Below, piece after piece: positions 29,133-39,525 of a DNA stretch of 64,000 bases (position 1 is the stretch's first letter; every line of letters begins with the position of its first letter). The notes beneath the pieces were generated by a model. The model worked only from the letters and a program-made list of their open reading frames with translations, did not search any database and was not told the DNA's origin. A program made the translations under genes and the position numbers. This DNA comes from Gammaproteobacteria bacterium (GTDB lineage Bacteria > Pseudomonadota > Gammaproteobacteria > CAJXQU01): NCBI GenBank assembly GCA_965238175.1, contig CBDEGZ010000003.1, positions 320,001-384,000 of the forward strand, given 5' to 3'.

Positions 29133-29840
29133 TCAGAATTTTCTTCTAAGAGTCTCACTTTTAATTTTACTGTCGGGGTTATTTTGGTTATGCCTATCTG
29201 CAATTATCTGTGAGGCATTTCTTTTAGTAATTTTGTTTCCTTTTTCTATTAGCCTACGGGTTTCGGTAATGAAGGGTTCCCAAAACCTGTCAGCATTCTC
29301 TTTCCGTTGCTTCCCCACAGCCCCTCTAGAAATTGCATTATTTTTTCTTTGGTTAAACCCAACCTTTCTTTTGTTCTTTGTCGTCGCACCCTTAATGTAG
29401 CCCGTATGTCTATTACTTTGTGTTGCCGGGCTCTTCACTTCTATATAGAGATTAATTAAATAATCTAAATCATCCCAAAATTTTGGAGGAGGTAATATTT
29501 GTTTTTTTACATCTTCAGCCTTTATATCAACCTCAAGCTCGATCAATAATTGTGGTCTTTCAGTTCCTTTTGGAAGTTCTGATTCCCAATGTCGGGCCAT
29601 CCAATAAATAACTTGTTTATGAGCATTGTTTTCATCACAACCTAAATCATTCTTTGCAATTTCCAATAACTTGCTTCTTTTTGAGGCAAATTTTCGCCCC
29701 TCATCATCTTGCAGCCACTCTGGAAGCTCGCCTAATACTCCATCGTATTCAGCATTAATTCTTTTATTAGCATTATCGAAAAGGATTGATAGTTCTTTAT
29801 CCCATTCCTCATCAGTATCATCCTCGTCAAATATTCCCAT
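29133..29840 (-). CDS. Hypothetical island protein with a basic C-terminal HTH-like tail (possible alpA regulator)
   Basis: Open frame. ATG 29840 with a GAAGG RBS is preferred over the track's 29876, which lies inside an RNA stem. C-terminus KRNASQIIA..SETLRRKF. Confidence 0.6.
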   Translation of the reverse strand: MGIFDEDDTDEEWDKELSILFDNANKRINAEYDGVLGELPEWLQDDEGRKFASKRSKLLEIAKNDLGCDENNAHKQVIYWMARHWESELPKGTERPQLLIELEVDIKAEDVKKQILPPPKFWDDLDYLINLYIEVKSPATQSNRHTGYIKGATTKNKRKVGFNQRKNNAISRGAVGKQRKENADRFWEPFITETRRLIEKGNKITKRNASQIIADRHNQNNPDSKIKSETLRRKF

Positions 29841-29871
29841 CAGCACACCTTCTACACTCCCTTCAAAAGAA

Positions 29872-29925
29872 ACCAAGCCAGAGCGGTGAAGGACGCCGCT
29901 TTTTCGGGAGCTACCCTAGGCTTGG
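29872..29925 (-). ncRNA. Structured cis-RNA between int and alpA (possibly the int-alpA motif)
   Basis: Minus strand ACCAAGCC-TA-GGGTAGCTCCC-GAAA-AGCGGCGTCCTTCACCGCT-CT-GGCTTGGT forms an 8-bp closing stem with two internal hairpins. The motif name is from memory. Confidence 0.5.
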
Positions 29926-29951
29926 TGATTTGGTTACTTATTCTCGCTAAT

Positions 29952-30506
29952 TTAACCAGTGATTACTGATTCTTGAAGTTTTGGTTCATTAGCCACCATT
30001 TGGTTAAGTATTTCAGGCCACACTTTAAATAAAATTTCTTTGTTAATTTCATGAGGATTTACTACAATTTTAAATTGTCCGCGGTAAACATCCCCCATTA
30101 CTTCACGTGATAATCGTAAGCCTTCTATCTCACCACCTAACGGCGGTAGTTCTTGTCGTAGCAGCGCTACATTTCCAACCGCGCCGTCTCTATCCTGCCA
30201 TCGATCTAAATAACAGTTAGCAGTATTAATATTATCTTTAGCTTCCTCAATGTTATTTTCTTTTAAAGAACATTGAGCTAAAGATAACCGTGTCTGACTT
30301 TCATCTACCTCAGTCCAACAAGTTATTAGCAAATCATTCAAATCTTTCATTGCCTCTAACAAAGCCTTGGAGTCATCGCTCGCAATCTGCCCCGCCCACG
30401 ATTCAACTTCCTTTATTATTCGTCTTGCTGCAACGCTTGTTCTGCCTCCCATGCCAACAGGGTTTGGGCGAGTATGAGTTAGTGGTGTAATATCTTTCTT
30501 AGTCAT
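29952..30506 (-). CDS. Hypothetical island protein
   Basis: 184-aa ORF with a strong AGGAGG RBS, co-oriented with int; no recognisable domain. Confidence 0.65.
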   Translation of the reverse strand: MTKKDITPLTHTRPNPVGMGGRTSVAARRIIKEVESWAGQIASDDSKALLEAMKDLNDLLITCWTEVDESQTRLSLAQCSLKENNIEEAKDNINTANCYLDRWQDRDGAVGNVALLRQELPPLGGEIEGLRLSREVMGDVYRGQFKIVVNPHEINKEILFKVWPEILNQMVANEPKLQESVITG

Positions 30507-30586
30507 GATGACCTCCTATGTAGGTCCTTATGGTTAGGGAATGTTGGGTGTTGTCGCACCTTTCATTTCCCGTTAAAAAAAACAGT

Positions 30587-31807
30587 TCAACCAGATTGGT
30601 TAAATATGCCGGTAATAACTTTCTTTTCATTTCTCAGGCTGTCCAAGTAATCAGCCCATTGTTGCATCATCTTTTTGCGTTCTGGCAGGTACTCAGCATA
30701 GTTGTATGCCGCTCTAACGTTATCTCTTTCAGCATGTGCCAGTTGTCGCTCTATCCAGTCTTTATTAAATCCTTGTTCGTTCAATAGTGTTGAAGCCATA
30801 CTTCTAAAACCATGTCCTGTCATTTCTTCTTTGGTGTAACCCAGTCTTCGTAATGCGCCATTGATGGTATTTTCTGACATGGGCTTTCTATTGGATCTAA
30901 TACTTGGAAATAAGTATTGTCCTGAGCCTGTCAGTGGGTGGAGTTCTTCGAGTATGACAAGTGTTTGGACAGATAAAGGAACGATGTGTTGTTCTTTCAT
31001 CTTCATCTTTTCAGCAGGTATACGCCATTCAGCTTTGGCTATATCAAACTCTGACCATTCGGCATGTCTTAATTCACCTGGACGGACAAAGAGAATTGGA
31101 GCGAGTCGTAAAGCACATGTGATCACAAAAAAACCATCATAACCATCGATAGCACGTAACAAAGCACCCACTTGTGATGGGTTCGTAATCGATGCGTGAT
31201 GTTTGTGTGTAACAGGAGATAGAGCACCTTTTAAAGCACCTGTCGGATCGTTCTCAGCGCGACTCGTCGCAACGGCATACCGAAACACCTGTCCACAATT
31301 TTGTAATGTTCTGTGAGCGGTATCAACAGCGCCAGTGCTTTCAATCTGTCGTAGAGCTACAAGTATTTCAGCCGCGGTAATTTCGGTAATAGGTTTGTGA
31401 CCCATTCGAGGAAAGATGTAAGTCTCGAAACGTTGGATCAGTTTATGTAGATAACTAGGCACCCATTTAGATGAAGTCACTTTTAACCATTCACGAGCGA
31501 TTACTTCAAAGCTATTTTCAGCTCCCATTGCATCAGCAGCTTTCTGTGCTTTCCTATCTTCACTTGGATCAATCTTATCAGATAACAAGCTACGTGCTTC
31601 TTCACGACGGTCACGAGCATCCTTTAAAGAAACTTCTGGATAGACTCCCAGTGATATTTGTTTCTCTTTACCTTTGAATGAATATCTCAGTCGCCACCAC
31701 TTGCCGCCATTAGGACTGACTAACAAAAATAGACCACGACCATCTGTCATTTTGTACTGTTTTTCTTTGGGCTTTGCCTTTTGGATCGCGGTATTCGTTA
31801 AAACCAT
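30587..31807 (-). CDS. P4/IntA-family tyrosine integrase
   Basis: Arm-binding domain (DGRGLFLLVSPNGGKWWRLRY); catalytic R (FVRPGELR), HGFRSMAST, QLAH, AAYNYAEY. Confidence 0.96.
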   Translation of the reverse strand: MVLTNTAIQKAKPKEKQYKMTDGRGLFLLVSPNGGKWWRLRYSFKGKEKQISLGVYPEVSLKDARDRREEARSLLSDKIDPSEDRKAQKAADAMGAENSFEVIAREWLKVTSSKWVPSYLHKLIQRFETYIFPRMGHKPITEITAAEILVALRQIESTGAVDTAHRTLQNCGQVFRYAVATSRAENDPTGALKGALSPVTHKHHASITNPSQVGALLRAIDGYDGFFVITCALRLAPILFVRPGELRHAEWSEFDIAKAEWRIPAEKMKMKEQHIVPLSVQTLVILEELHPLTGSGQYLFPSIRSNRKPMSENTINGALRRLGYTKEEMTGHGFRSMASTLLNEQGFNKDWIERQLAHAERDNVRAAYNYAEYLPERKKMMQQWADYLDSLRNEKKVITGIFNQSG

Positions 31808-31940
31808 GTCGTTTCCCTATGGATAATTATCCAATAAATACGGGTAACTGTTTCTGGTACTTTGGGAGTTACCCAGATAGTGGCCCGTCTTTTTCGTGGA
31901 TTCTATAAGATGACTTTAGACGCTAATGGACAAGGAAGCA

Positions 31941-31968
31941 ATAAAAAAGCCCGCTAGAATGCGGGCTT
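31941..31968 (-). terminator. Rho-independent terminator downstream of tRNA-Thr
   Basis: AAAAAAGCCCGC-TAGAAT-GCGGGCTT, a hairpin with a U-tract on the minus strand. Confidence 0.7.
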
Positions 31969-32001
31969 ATGGATGTTGCTGGATGTTACTGAACTACAAT
32001 T

Positions 32002-32077
<76 letters not shown>

Positions 32078-32096
32078 TAAGTTAAGTGTGGGTATT

Positions 32097-32897
32097 TTAT
32101 TGATCTGAACCAAGAAGTGCAATCGTCTTACAGTCTATATTTACAGTTTTTGTTGTATTTGATAGTTTAGGTAGAGTCTGATCGCTATTAACTTGGATAT
32201 CCAACCACAAAAGTTTGGTGATTTTATGCTGAGGAACAACAACCGGGTTGTAACCCACTCTTTTCAACTCAACCACACGTTTGTTGACTGCCCTCTGCCT
32301 ACTAAACAAACCGAGTGAAATGGCATTTTTCATATTGCCTTTCCCAATCAAGTAATAATTCTTAAGTCCCTTTCTCTTAAGTTCTTGAAATTGTGCTTTT
32401 GCTTTTGCCTCAGTTTGAGGCGCCAAGTAGACCCAGTATCTTTCGCTGGTACGTTTTTCTTCAGTGCGTTTCCTGTATGGAATGTTGTTAGATTGCAGCC
32501 ATTTATTGAGTTCCATAACATCTATGTCAGATTGATAGGGGCCTATCGACAAACAAGTACCGACAGAATCGAAAGGTAACTCTTCATTTTTTACCACCTC
32601 CGTTGATTCAGATTTTATCGATTCAGCTTGTGTTGTATTTTGCTGAATCATTTCTAATTGTTCTAAATCAAATGGATCTGAATCACTTTCCAACTCTGTT
32701 TCTATGACACGCAGTTCTTTACGCAACGCAGGTAATTCTTTCAGCTCGCTCAGCAAAACAAGGGACTTAGCAGAATTTTTTACATCTTTATGGCTGACCC
32801 TCGTTGCAGGAGTGGATTTCTCCAAACTGCTATTGATTTTCAAACCGCAATAGCTAACATTCGTTAGTAAAAGGAGAATTGTTATCCATTTCATCAT
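32097..32897 (-). CDS. SPOR-domain protein (birA-coaX-associated)
   Basis: N-terminal TM, CLSIGPY, YWVYL, NAISLGLFS; conserved position after coaX. Confidence 0.8.
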   Translation of the reverse strand: MMKWITILLLLTNVSYCGLKINSSLEKSTPATRVSHKDVKNSAKSLVLLSELKELPALRKELRVIETELESDSDPFDLEQLEMIQQNTTQAESIKSESTEVVKNEELPFDSVGTCLSIGPYQSDIDVMELNKWLQSNNIPYRKRTEEKRTSERYWVYLAPQTEAKAKAQFQELKRKGLKNYYLIGKGNMKNAISLGLFSRQRAVNKRVVELKRVGYNPVVVPQHKITKLLWLDIQVNSDQTLPKLSNTTKTVNIDCKTIALLGSDQ

Positions 32898-32899
32898 TG

Positions 32900-33655
32900 T
32901 TATTTTGAACTCAGCATTAGCCCTTGCAGAACGAGAGTGGGCTTATGACGCAATTTTATTGCAAACACTGACAGATCAAGATCTTTAACCACCAACTCGG
33001 CATCTCCACCAGTGATAATGTACTCCATATTAGATTCGTGTTGTTGCGCTATTTTTGTAAGCATGTACTCAATCCCACCAATAAATTGATGATAACAACC
33101 AGATTTGATCGCCGCTTCAGTATCATTCGAAAGCAATGTAAGTTCTTCACATTTCTGTACTGATAAAGCATAAGTATGATCTGTCAGTGCACGTTCACAC
33201 AAAGTTAGTCCTGGCGCAATAACGCCCCCCCGATGCCAACCTGAGGAATCGACCACATCAATAGTAATAGCAGAACCACAGTCAATTATACAAACATTGC
33301 TTTTGACAATATCCCAGCCTGCGAGCATAGCCAGCCAACGATCAATTCCAAGCTTTTGTGCATCTGGATAACTATTTTTTACTCCACAACCTTGTTTGGT
33401 AACTTTTGCAAAACTCGGGTTCATTTGCCAATTTTCTTTACACCAGTTACAAATGATTTTGCCGATCTTTTTCCCAGCAACATTAGAGATATACACGGCA
33501 TTAATCTGTTCAAGTTTCCCCCAATAAGAATTTAGAATTTTCTCAAGATCATTTTCAAGCCATGCATGTACTTCTTGTTCACCAAGTACATCATTCTCAG
33601 CGAGAGCCCATTTTATTCGGCTATTTCCCACATCGACTAATAATATGTTTTGCAT
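32900..33655 (-). CDS. coaX: Type III pantothenate kinase
   Basis: LLVDVGNSRIKW, LGIDRW, IDCGSAITID, TGGDA, LVLQGL. Confidence 0.95.
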   Translation of the reverse strand: MQNILLVDVGNSRIKWALAENDVLGEQEVHAWLENDLEKILNSYWGKLEQINAVYISNVAGKKIGKIICNWCKENWQMNPSFAKVTKQGCGVKNSYPDAQKLGIDRWLAMLAGWDIVKSNVCIIDCGSAITIDVVDSSGWHRGGVIAPGLTLCERALTDHTYALSVQKCEELTLLSNDTEAAIKSGCYHQFIGGIEYMLTKIAQQHESNMEYIITGGDAELVVKDLDLSVFAIKLRHKPTLVLQGLMLSSK

Positions 33656-33673
33656 TCGTTTTTTGATCTGCTT

Positions 33674-34648
33674 TTAAACTAGTCTCAAACTTACTTCACC
33701 ACTCATAAACGTTCTTAGCTCACCATTGATTTCGACACTGATAGAACCATCATTATTGATACCTCGAGAAAACCCTCTCTGTTCTACCTGGCATAAAACA
33801 ACACTCACTGGTTTATTGATCAGTAAATCATACTGACGCCATTCTTCGCGAATACTTTCTAAACCATTTTGTTCGACAGTTTGCAAAAGAAGAAAAATCT
33901 CTGAGATCAACATAGCGGCAATTTGACTACGCGCCGGTACTGAATCTAAATGTTGATCAAGACTCGTCCATGGCTGATCAATGTTAGCCAACATAACCGT
34001 TCTATTATAAACATTAATACCCATTCCGATGACAATGCTTTGGATATCCGATTGACTCGATGCTATTTCGATCAAAATTCCAGCAAGTTTATCACCCTCA
34101 CAATAAACATCATTTGGCCACTTTGCACCAATATTTTGTAAGCCCATTGATTTTAGAACTCTAATTAAAGCAACAGCAGGTAATAAACTAATTAATTGTA
34201 ATTGATCAACCTTTTGCTGAAGTTGCCATCCTATTGATAAACAAAGTCCTGCAGCAAACGGCGCTACCCACTGTCGTCCTTGTCGTCCACGACCCTCAGT
34301 TTGATATTCAGCCAGACACACTCTGCCATGTTGTTGATCTTTAGTTAAATTGAGTAATAATGAATTTGTAGAATCAATAACACTCTCTAGCTCAACAGCA
34401 GATATAAATCGAGCAGTATCCTCAGAGATTTCTGATCTAACTTGAACATTATCAAGCAAATCTAGCGGGTATTTTAGTTGGCAAGAAACAGGATCTAACT
34501 TTTTAAACTCTAGACCACAATCATTGAAAAACTGTAACCGTTGAAACTCCTTAGTACTGAGATCAATTGTTTTAACATGTGAAAGTTTGTGAAGAAGAAA
34601 CTGGTCTGATTTGGATTGGTTTACGTCAACCTTTTTTTGTTTCTTCAT
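33674..34648 (-). CDS. birA: Biotin-[acetyl-CoA carboxylase] ligase
   Basis: IDSTN, AEYQTEGRGRQGRQW, KWPND, KLAGILIE, SGEVSLR. Start ATG 34648 preferred over the track's 34702. Confidence 0.93.
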   Translation of the reverse strand: MKKQKKVDVNQSKSDQFLLHKLSHVKTIDLSTKEFQRLQFFNDCGLEFKKLDPVSCQLKYPLDLLDNVQVRSEISEDTARFISAVELESVIDSTNSLLLNLTKDQQHGRVCLAEYQTEGRGRQGRQWVAPFAAGLCLSIGWQLQQKVDQLQLISLLPAVALIRVLKSMGLQNIGAKWPNDVYCEGDKLAGILIEIASSQSDIQSIVIGMGINVYNRTVMLANIDQPWTSLDQHLDSVPARSQIAAMLISEIFLLLQTVEQNGLESIREEWRQYDLLINKPVSVVLCQVEQRGFSRGINNDGSISVEINGELRTFMSGEVSLRLV

Positions 34649-35735
34649 TTTTATGACTAATTGATATTGACGAAAAGCGCCCCATTTCCGCGAGTCTATC
34701 ACCTTTACTCGTCAACTCTAGATTGGAACTCTGAGATGAAGGATCCTCGTGGCTTTCATTAAAAAAATCACCCAGCGCTTTCATCACATTTTCATCCATA
34801 TCGGGTAGTAATGGCTTTTTAAGAAATGTACTTTCACTTATATTTTTCTGGCTTTTATTTTGCTCTTCGTAATCAGGCCTTATTTCAGGCGGTCCATCCA
34901 AGTCTTCCGCATAAAGACGCATTGTTTTATCATCATCAGGACTCCTGAATAATTGAACTGTCATATCTTGGGTATTCTTACGTATTTCCTGCTCAGGTAA
35001 ATCTTGATCATCTACTTTTAAATTTGCAATTTCTACAGGTAAATCTTCTCTTGAAATAATTTTATCAGATCGATACTTTTCTTCAGAGTCCTTTGGTTGC
35101 TGCTTTATTTCAATCATATTATTGGTTGATTTTACCTGTTTTAGCAAAACATCATCAGATCGAAATACTGGCTCAACTTCTGAAAAAACTGTCACCTTAG
35201 GCAGCGTAATATCAAGCTTGGTACGATCTAAATCTTCGGAAAGTTGTTCAACAAATTGAAAAGTAAACTTATGGAATTTGAGATGATCACCATCAGCTAG
35301 CCGATGACTTTTTTCGATACGTTCACCATTAACATAAGAGCCATTTACACTGCCTTGATCTTGTAACCAATAAGCTCCTTTCTCATATTTGATCATAGCG
35401 TGTCGGCGACCTACGGTAGACTCCGGGATTACGAGCGAATCATACTCACGACTATTTGCTTTTAACCTGCCTATCATCATCGGCATTTTTGTGATCCGAT
35501 ATTGCTCAGATCCGGTACACTGATGTATATCGATCAACGCAATTTCAGTCCCTTCTACCCGAAGATTTTCTTCAGGTTCATAGCTATTTGGTTGTCGATT
35601 AAATTGTCTAAAAGTGATCAAGGTTAGAATAGCGAACACAATAAAAACCGTCACCGCAATAAACAACCAGACGTGTGCGCCGGATAAGTTTTGAATATTA
35701 CTTTGAAGGTTATTTATTAGTTGCTGGTAATCCAT
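34626..35735 (-). CDS. Membrane-anchored FHA-domain protein
   Basis: TM helix near the N-terminus, FHA motifs IGR..VGRRHA..DQGSVNGSYVNG, acidic low-complexity C-terminus. Confidence 0.85.
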   Translation of the reverse strand: MDYQQLINNLQSNIQNLSGAHVWLFIAVTVFIVFAILTLITFRQFNRQPNSYEPEENLRVEGTEIALIDIHQCTGSEQYRITKMPMMIGRLKANSREYDSLVIPESTVGRRHAMIKYEKGAYWLQDQGSVNGSYVNGERIEKSHRLADGDHLKFHKFTFQFVEQLSEDLDRTKLDITLPKVTVFSEVEPVFRSDDVLLKQVKSTNNMIEIKQQPKDSEEKYRSDKIISREDLPVEIANLKVDDQDLPEQEIRKNTQDMTVQLFRSPDDDKTMRLYAEDLDGPPEIRPDYEEQNKSQKNISESTFLKKPLLPDMDENVMKALGDFFNESHEDPSSQSSNLELTSKGDRLAEMGRFSSISISHKNEETKKG

Positions 35736-35747
35736 GTTAGTGGGCGA

Positions 35748-36593
35748 CTACTCTTCTCCTGTTGCAACTGGCCGGGCGGGATCTGAACTCCATTCGCTCC
35801 AGGAACCACAATAAAGTTTTGGCTCATCAAGACCCGCATGAACTACTGCAAAAATATTATGGCAGGCTGTAACACCAGAACCACAATAAAAGACTGTTTG
35901 CGCTGAAAATTTTCCATTCTGATTCTGATCAAATAATCGAATAAAATTTTCAGCCAAAATTTCTGGCGCAAGGAATGAACCATTTTCGTCGAGATTATTT
36001 TTCCAAAAATGATTGATCGCCCCAGGGATATGACCTGCAGCTCGGTCAATAGACACTAGCTTTCCTTGATAACGATCCGGATCGCGTGAATCAACTAATT
36101 GCGACACATCTGCAAGCTGATCAATAACAACCAATCGTTCTGATTCTGCCTGACCTGAAAAAGTGACCGCTGTATTCTTAATCTCACCAGATTCAGTTGC
36201 TCTTTGTTCTCTCTGCCAACGTCCCCATCCACCATCGAGTACCGCGACTGCATCATGTTGCATATAACGCAGCATCCACCATAGGCGTGCACAAAAAGCG
36301 CCTCCCATATCGTCATACACTACAACTTGTTTGCTAGAATCTATCCCCAAGCTAGAAAAAGTTTCAATCATTGATTCAGGTGACGGCATTGGGTGACGCC
36401 CACAATCAGTGACAGGCTTACCACTTAATGCCTTACTGACACTGGCATACACAGCACCGGGAATATGCGACGATAACCACGCTTGCTCACCAGCAGCGCT
36501 GTTCGTTAAATCATAGCGGCAATCGACAATTACCCAATCGGGACTATCGAGATTCTGAGCCAATGTTTTACAGTCTATTAAGGTCTTGAACAT
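35748..36593 (-). CDS. sseA: Sulfurtransferase (rhodanese/3-mercaptopyruvate type)
   Basis: HIPGA twice, GRHPMP, ARLWWML, active site YCGSGVTAC, LY.GSWSEW. Confidence 0.9.
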   Translation of the reverse strand: MFKTLIDCKTLAQNLDSPDWVIVDCRYDLTNSAAGEQAWLSSHIPGAVYASVSKALSGKPVTDCGRHPMPSPESMIETFSSLGIDSSKQVVVYDDMGGAFCARLWWMLRYMQHDAVAVLDGGWGRWQREQRATESGEIKNTAVTFSGQAESERLVVIDQLADVSQLVDSRDPDRYQGKLVSIDRAAGHIPGAINHFWKNNLDENGSFLAPEILAENFIRLFDQNQNGKFSAQTVFYCGSGVTACHNIFAVVHAGLDEPKLYCGSWSEWSSDPARPVATGEE

Positions 36594-36670
36594 AATTATT
36601 TTACATTTATTAACATAATAATAACCGATATTTCTAATTTTTCCGCATTAATTTCATGTTATTTTGAGCT

Positions 36671-37777
36671 ATGCAACATATCTATATGATAAATAAACGC
36701 CTATTAGCAGTAAATCTCTTAATAATCTCGTATCTCATCAGTAGCTGTTCAACAATTGGCTATTATTCGCAATCAATTCGTGGCCAGTTATCTGTCATGT
36801 CAAAACGAGTATCAATAGATGAGTTGATAGAACACCCAGATACATCCAATCAGAAAAAAGCCGTATTGGAAAATATTCTACAAATACGTCAGTTTGCCAG
36901 CAATAAATTACACCTGCCTTACAATAACAGTTACAGCACCTATGTTGACTTAGACGAAGATTATGTCGTCTGGAATGTCTTTGCGACCCCCGAATTTTCG
37001 TTAACGCCTGTCAGCTCCTGTTTTTTGATCGTCGGCTGCCTTCAATATAAAGGTTTTTTTGCAAAACAAGATGCTATCGATTTTGCAAATCAATTACGAG
37101 AATCCGGACACGATGTTTTTGTCGGCGGGGTAACAGCCTATTCTACACTTGGTTGGTTTGACGATCCTATATTAAGCTCAATGTTGACCTATGGAGAATT
37201 TCGTCTTGCAGAAGTCATCTTCCATGAGCTGGCCCATCAACTTATATATATTAAGGACGATTCTGGCTTCAACGAAGCCTTCGCCACCGCCATTGGTGAA
37301 ATTGGGGTTCGGCGATGGCTACAGGATAATCACCGTGATGCCGAACTGGAAAATTTTGAGAGGAACAGGCAATGGGATTTCGAGTTTATCCAAATAGTTC
37401 TGACCAGCAAAGAAAAACTGGATAAGCTATTTGGATTAGATCAAGATCAAAAAACACCACAGACCCAAGAACAATTAAGACTAAAAAAACAAATGATCTA
37501 TGACAAGTTACGCACTGATTATTCAGCACTAAAATCAGCTTGGGAGAATCCACCGAACTACGATAAATGGATGCAGAACGATCTTAATAATGCCAAGGTC
37601 GCATCGATCGTCACATATCATGATCTGACAGAGTCGTTCGAAAAATTATTAACGCTTTCAAACAATGACCTAACCCTTTTCTATCAACGTGTACGCCATC
37701 TAGGAATACTATCAGAACAAGAACGTCATGCCTGTCTTGAAAATATGACTATCTACTCTCACTGTTATAGTGACTAG
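36671..37777 (+). CDS. Lipoprotein zinc aminopeptidase (DUF2265-like)
   Basis: Lipobox ISSC, AYSTLGWFDDP, HELAH zinc motif, FNEAFAT. Confidence 0.85.
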   Translation: MQHIYMINKRLLAVNLLIISYLISSCSTIGYYSQSIRGQLSVMSKRVSIDELIEHPDTSNQKKAVLENILQIRQFASNKLHLPYNNSYSTYVDLDEDYVVWNVFATPEFSLTPVSSCFLIVGCLQYKGFFAKQDAIDFANQLRESGHDVFVGGVTAYSTLGWFDDPILSSMLTYGEFRLAEVIFHELAHQLIYIKDDSGFNEAFATAIGEIGVRRWLQDNHRDAELENFERNRQWDFEFIQIVLTSKEKLDKLFGLDQDQKTPQTQEQLRLKKQMIYDKLRTDYSALKSAWENPPNYDKWMQNDLNNAKVASIVTYHDLTESFEKLLTLSNNDLTLFYQRVRHLGILSEQERHACLENMTIYSHCYSD

Positions 37778-37804
37778 AAGCTATTGCTCCCTCTATGATC
37801 AACC

Positions 37805-38824
<1,020 letters not shown>

Positions 38825-38872
38825 CTATTCGTTTTTATTATAGTTATTTTTCCTGTGAATTTCAGCAGGACT

Positions 38873-38896
38873 AAAAAAAGGAGGCCGAAGCCTCCT
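38873..38896 (-). terminator. Rho-independent terminator of the DUF465 gene
   Basis: A-run followed by AGGAGGC-CGAA-GCCTCCT on the plus strand. Confidence 0.75.
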
Positions 38897-38920
38897 GTTT
38901 AAGATCGATATGATCTCAGC

Positions 38921-39151
38921 TCAAGCCACGGCCTGATTACTGGTAAATTCTGTCACCATCCTCTCCATTTGATCTTTTAATAATAATTTTTCTTTTTTCA
39001 TCTTTTCTAATGACATGTCGTCAATGGCTAGTTCTCCCTGGTTTACTTCATTCACTCGTGCATCCAGATAACGGTGCTTATCGTATAGACGTTTAAAGCT
39101 GATTTCTGAAGCTAGAAGGGTTTTGACGGCATGTGATTCGTGTTCTGACAT
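38921..39151 (-). CDS. YdcH/DUF465 family protein
   Basis: FKRLYDKH..LD..V..LEKMKKEKLLLKDQM pattern; GAGGAG RBS. Confidence 0.8.
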   Translation of the reverse strand: MSEHESHAVKTLLASEISFKRLYDKHRYLDARVNEVNQGELAIDDMSLEKMKKEKLLLKDQMERMVTEFTSNQAVA

Positions 39152-39525
39152 ATAATTCTCCTCGTTCGTAGAACTTGATTAAATATGTGAAACAACTGTT
39201 TCCTCATGTTGCACAGAGGTTATAGATACTTGAAACCACTATGCGATAACCCGGTTGAGGTAGAACCGACGGGTAAGTAATCATGTATTCCCGTAGTATA
39301 AATCTAGATCATGATCTCATTTTCAGCAAGGTCATTTTTTACTTGAACTTTAGAGTGTAACTTTAAATAACGAAATTTATCTGCTCACCCTTTAAAGTTA
39401 TCGCCCGCTATAGGAATTTTTCCTACCGTCTTAGGGAAAACCGCTGGCGAATTTCTATATCAGCACTGTTAGGATTCAGATCTTAAAAAGTAACTAATAA
39501 ATTTGAACACATTTTAGGAAACACT

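Larger units (their letters stand above)
24298..32001 (-). mobile_element. Phage-satellite (PICI-like) island integrated at tRNA-Thr, distal end bounded by IS481
   Basis: Co-oriented int, 2 ORFs, alpA, wHTH, putative rep, 2 virion-ejection-like ORFs and terS, directly 3' of the tRNA. No capsid, portal, TerL or tail genes, and no distal att copy visible. Confidence 0.8.

Noticed and set aside
29872-29925. Hammerhead ribozyme (three-way junction with GAAA)
   Set aside because: It lacks the CUGANGA core.
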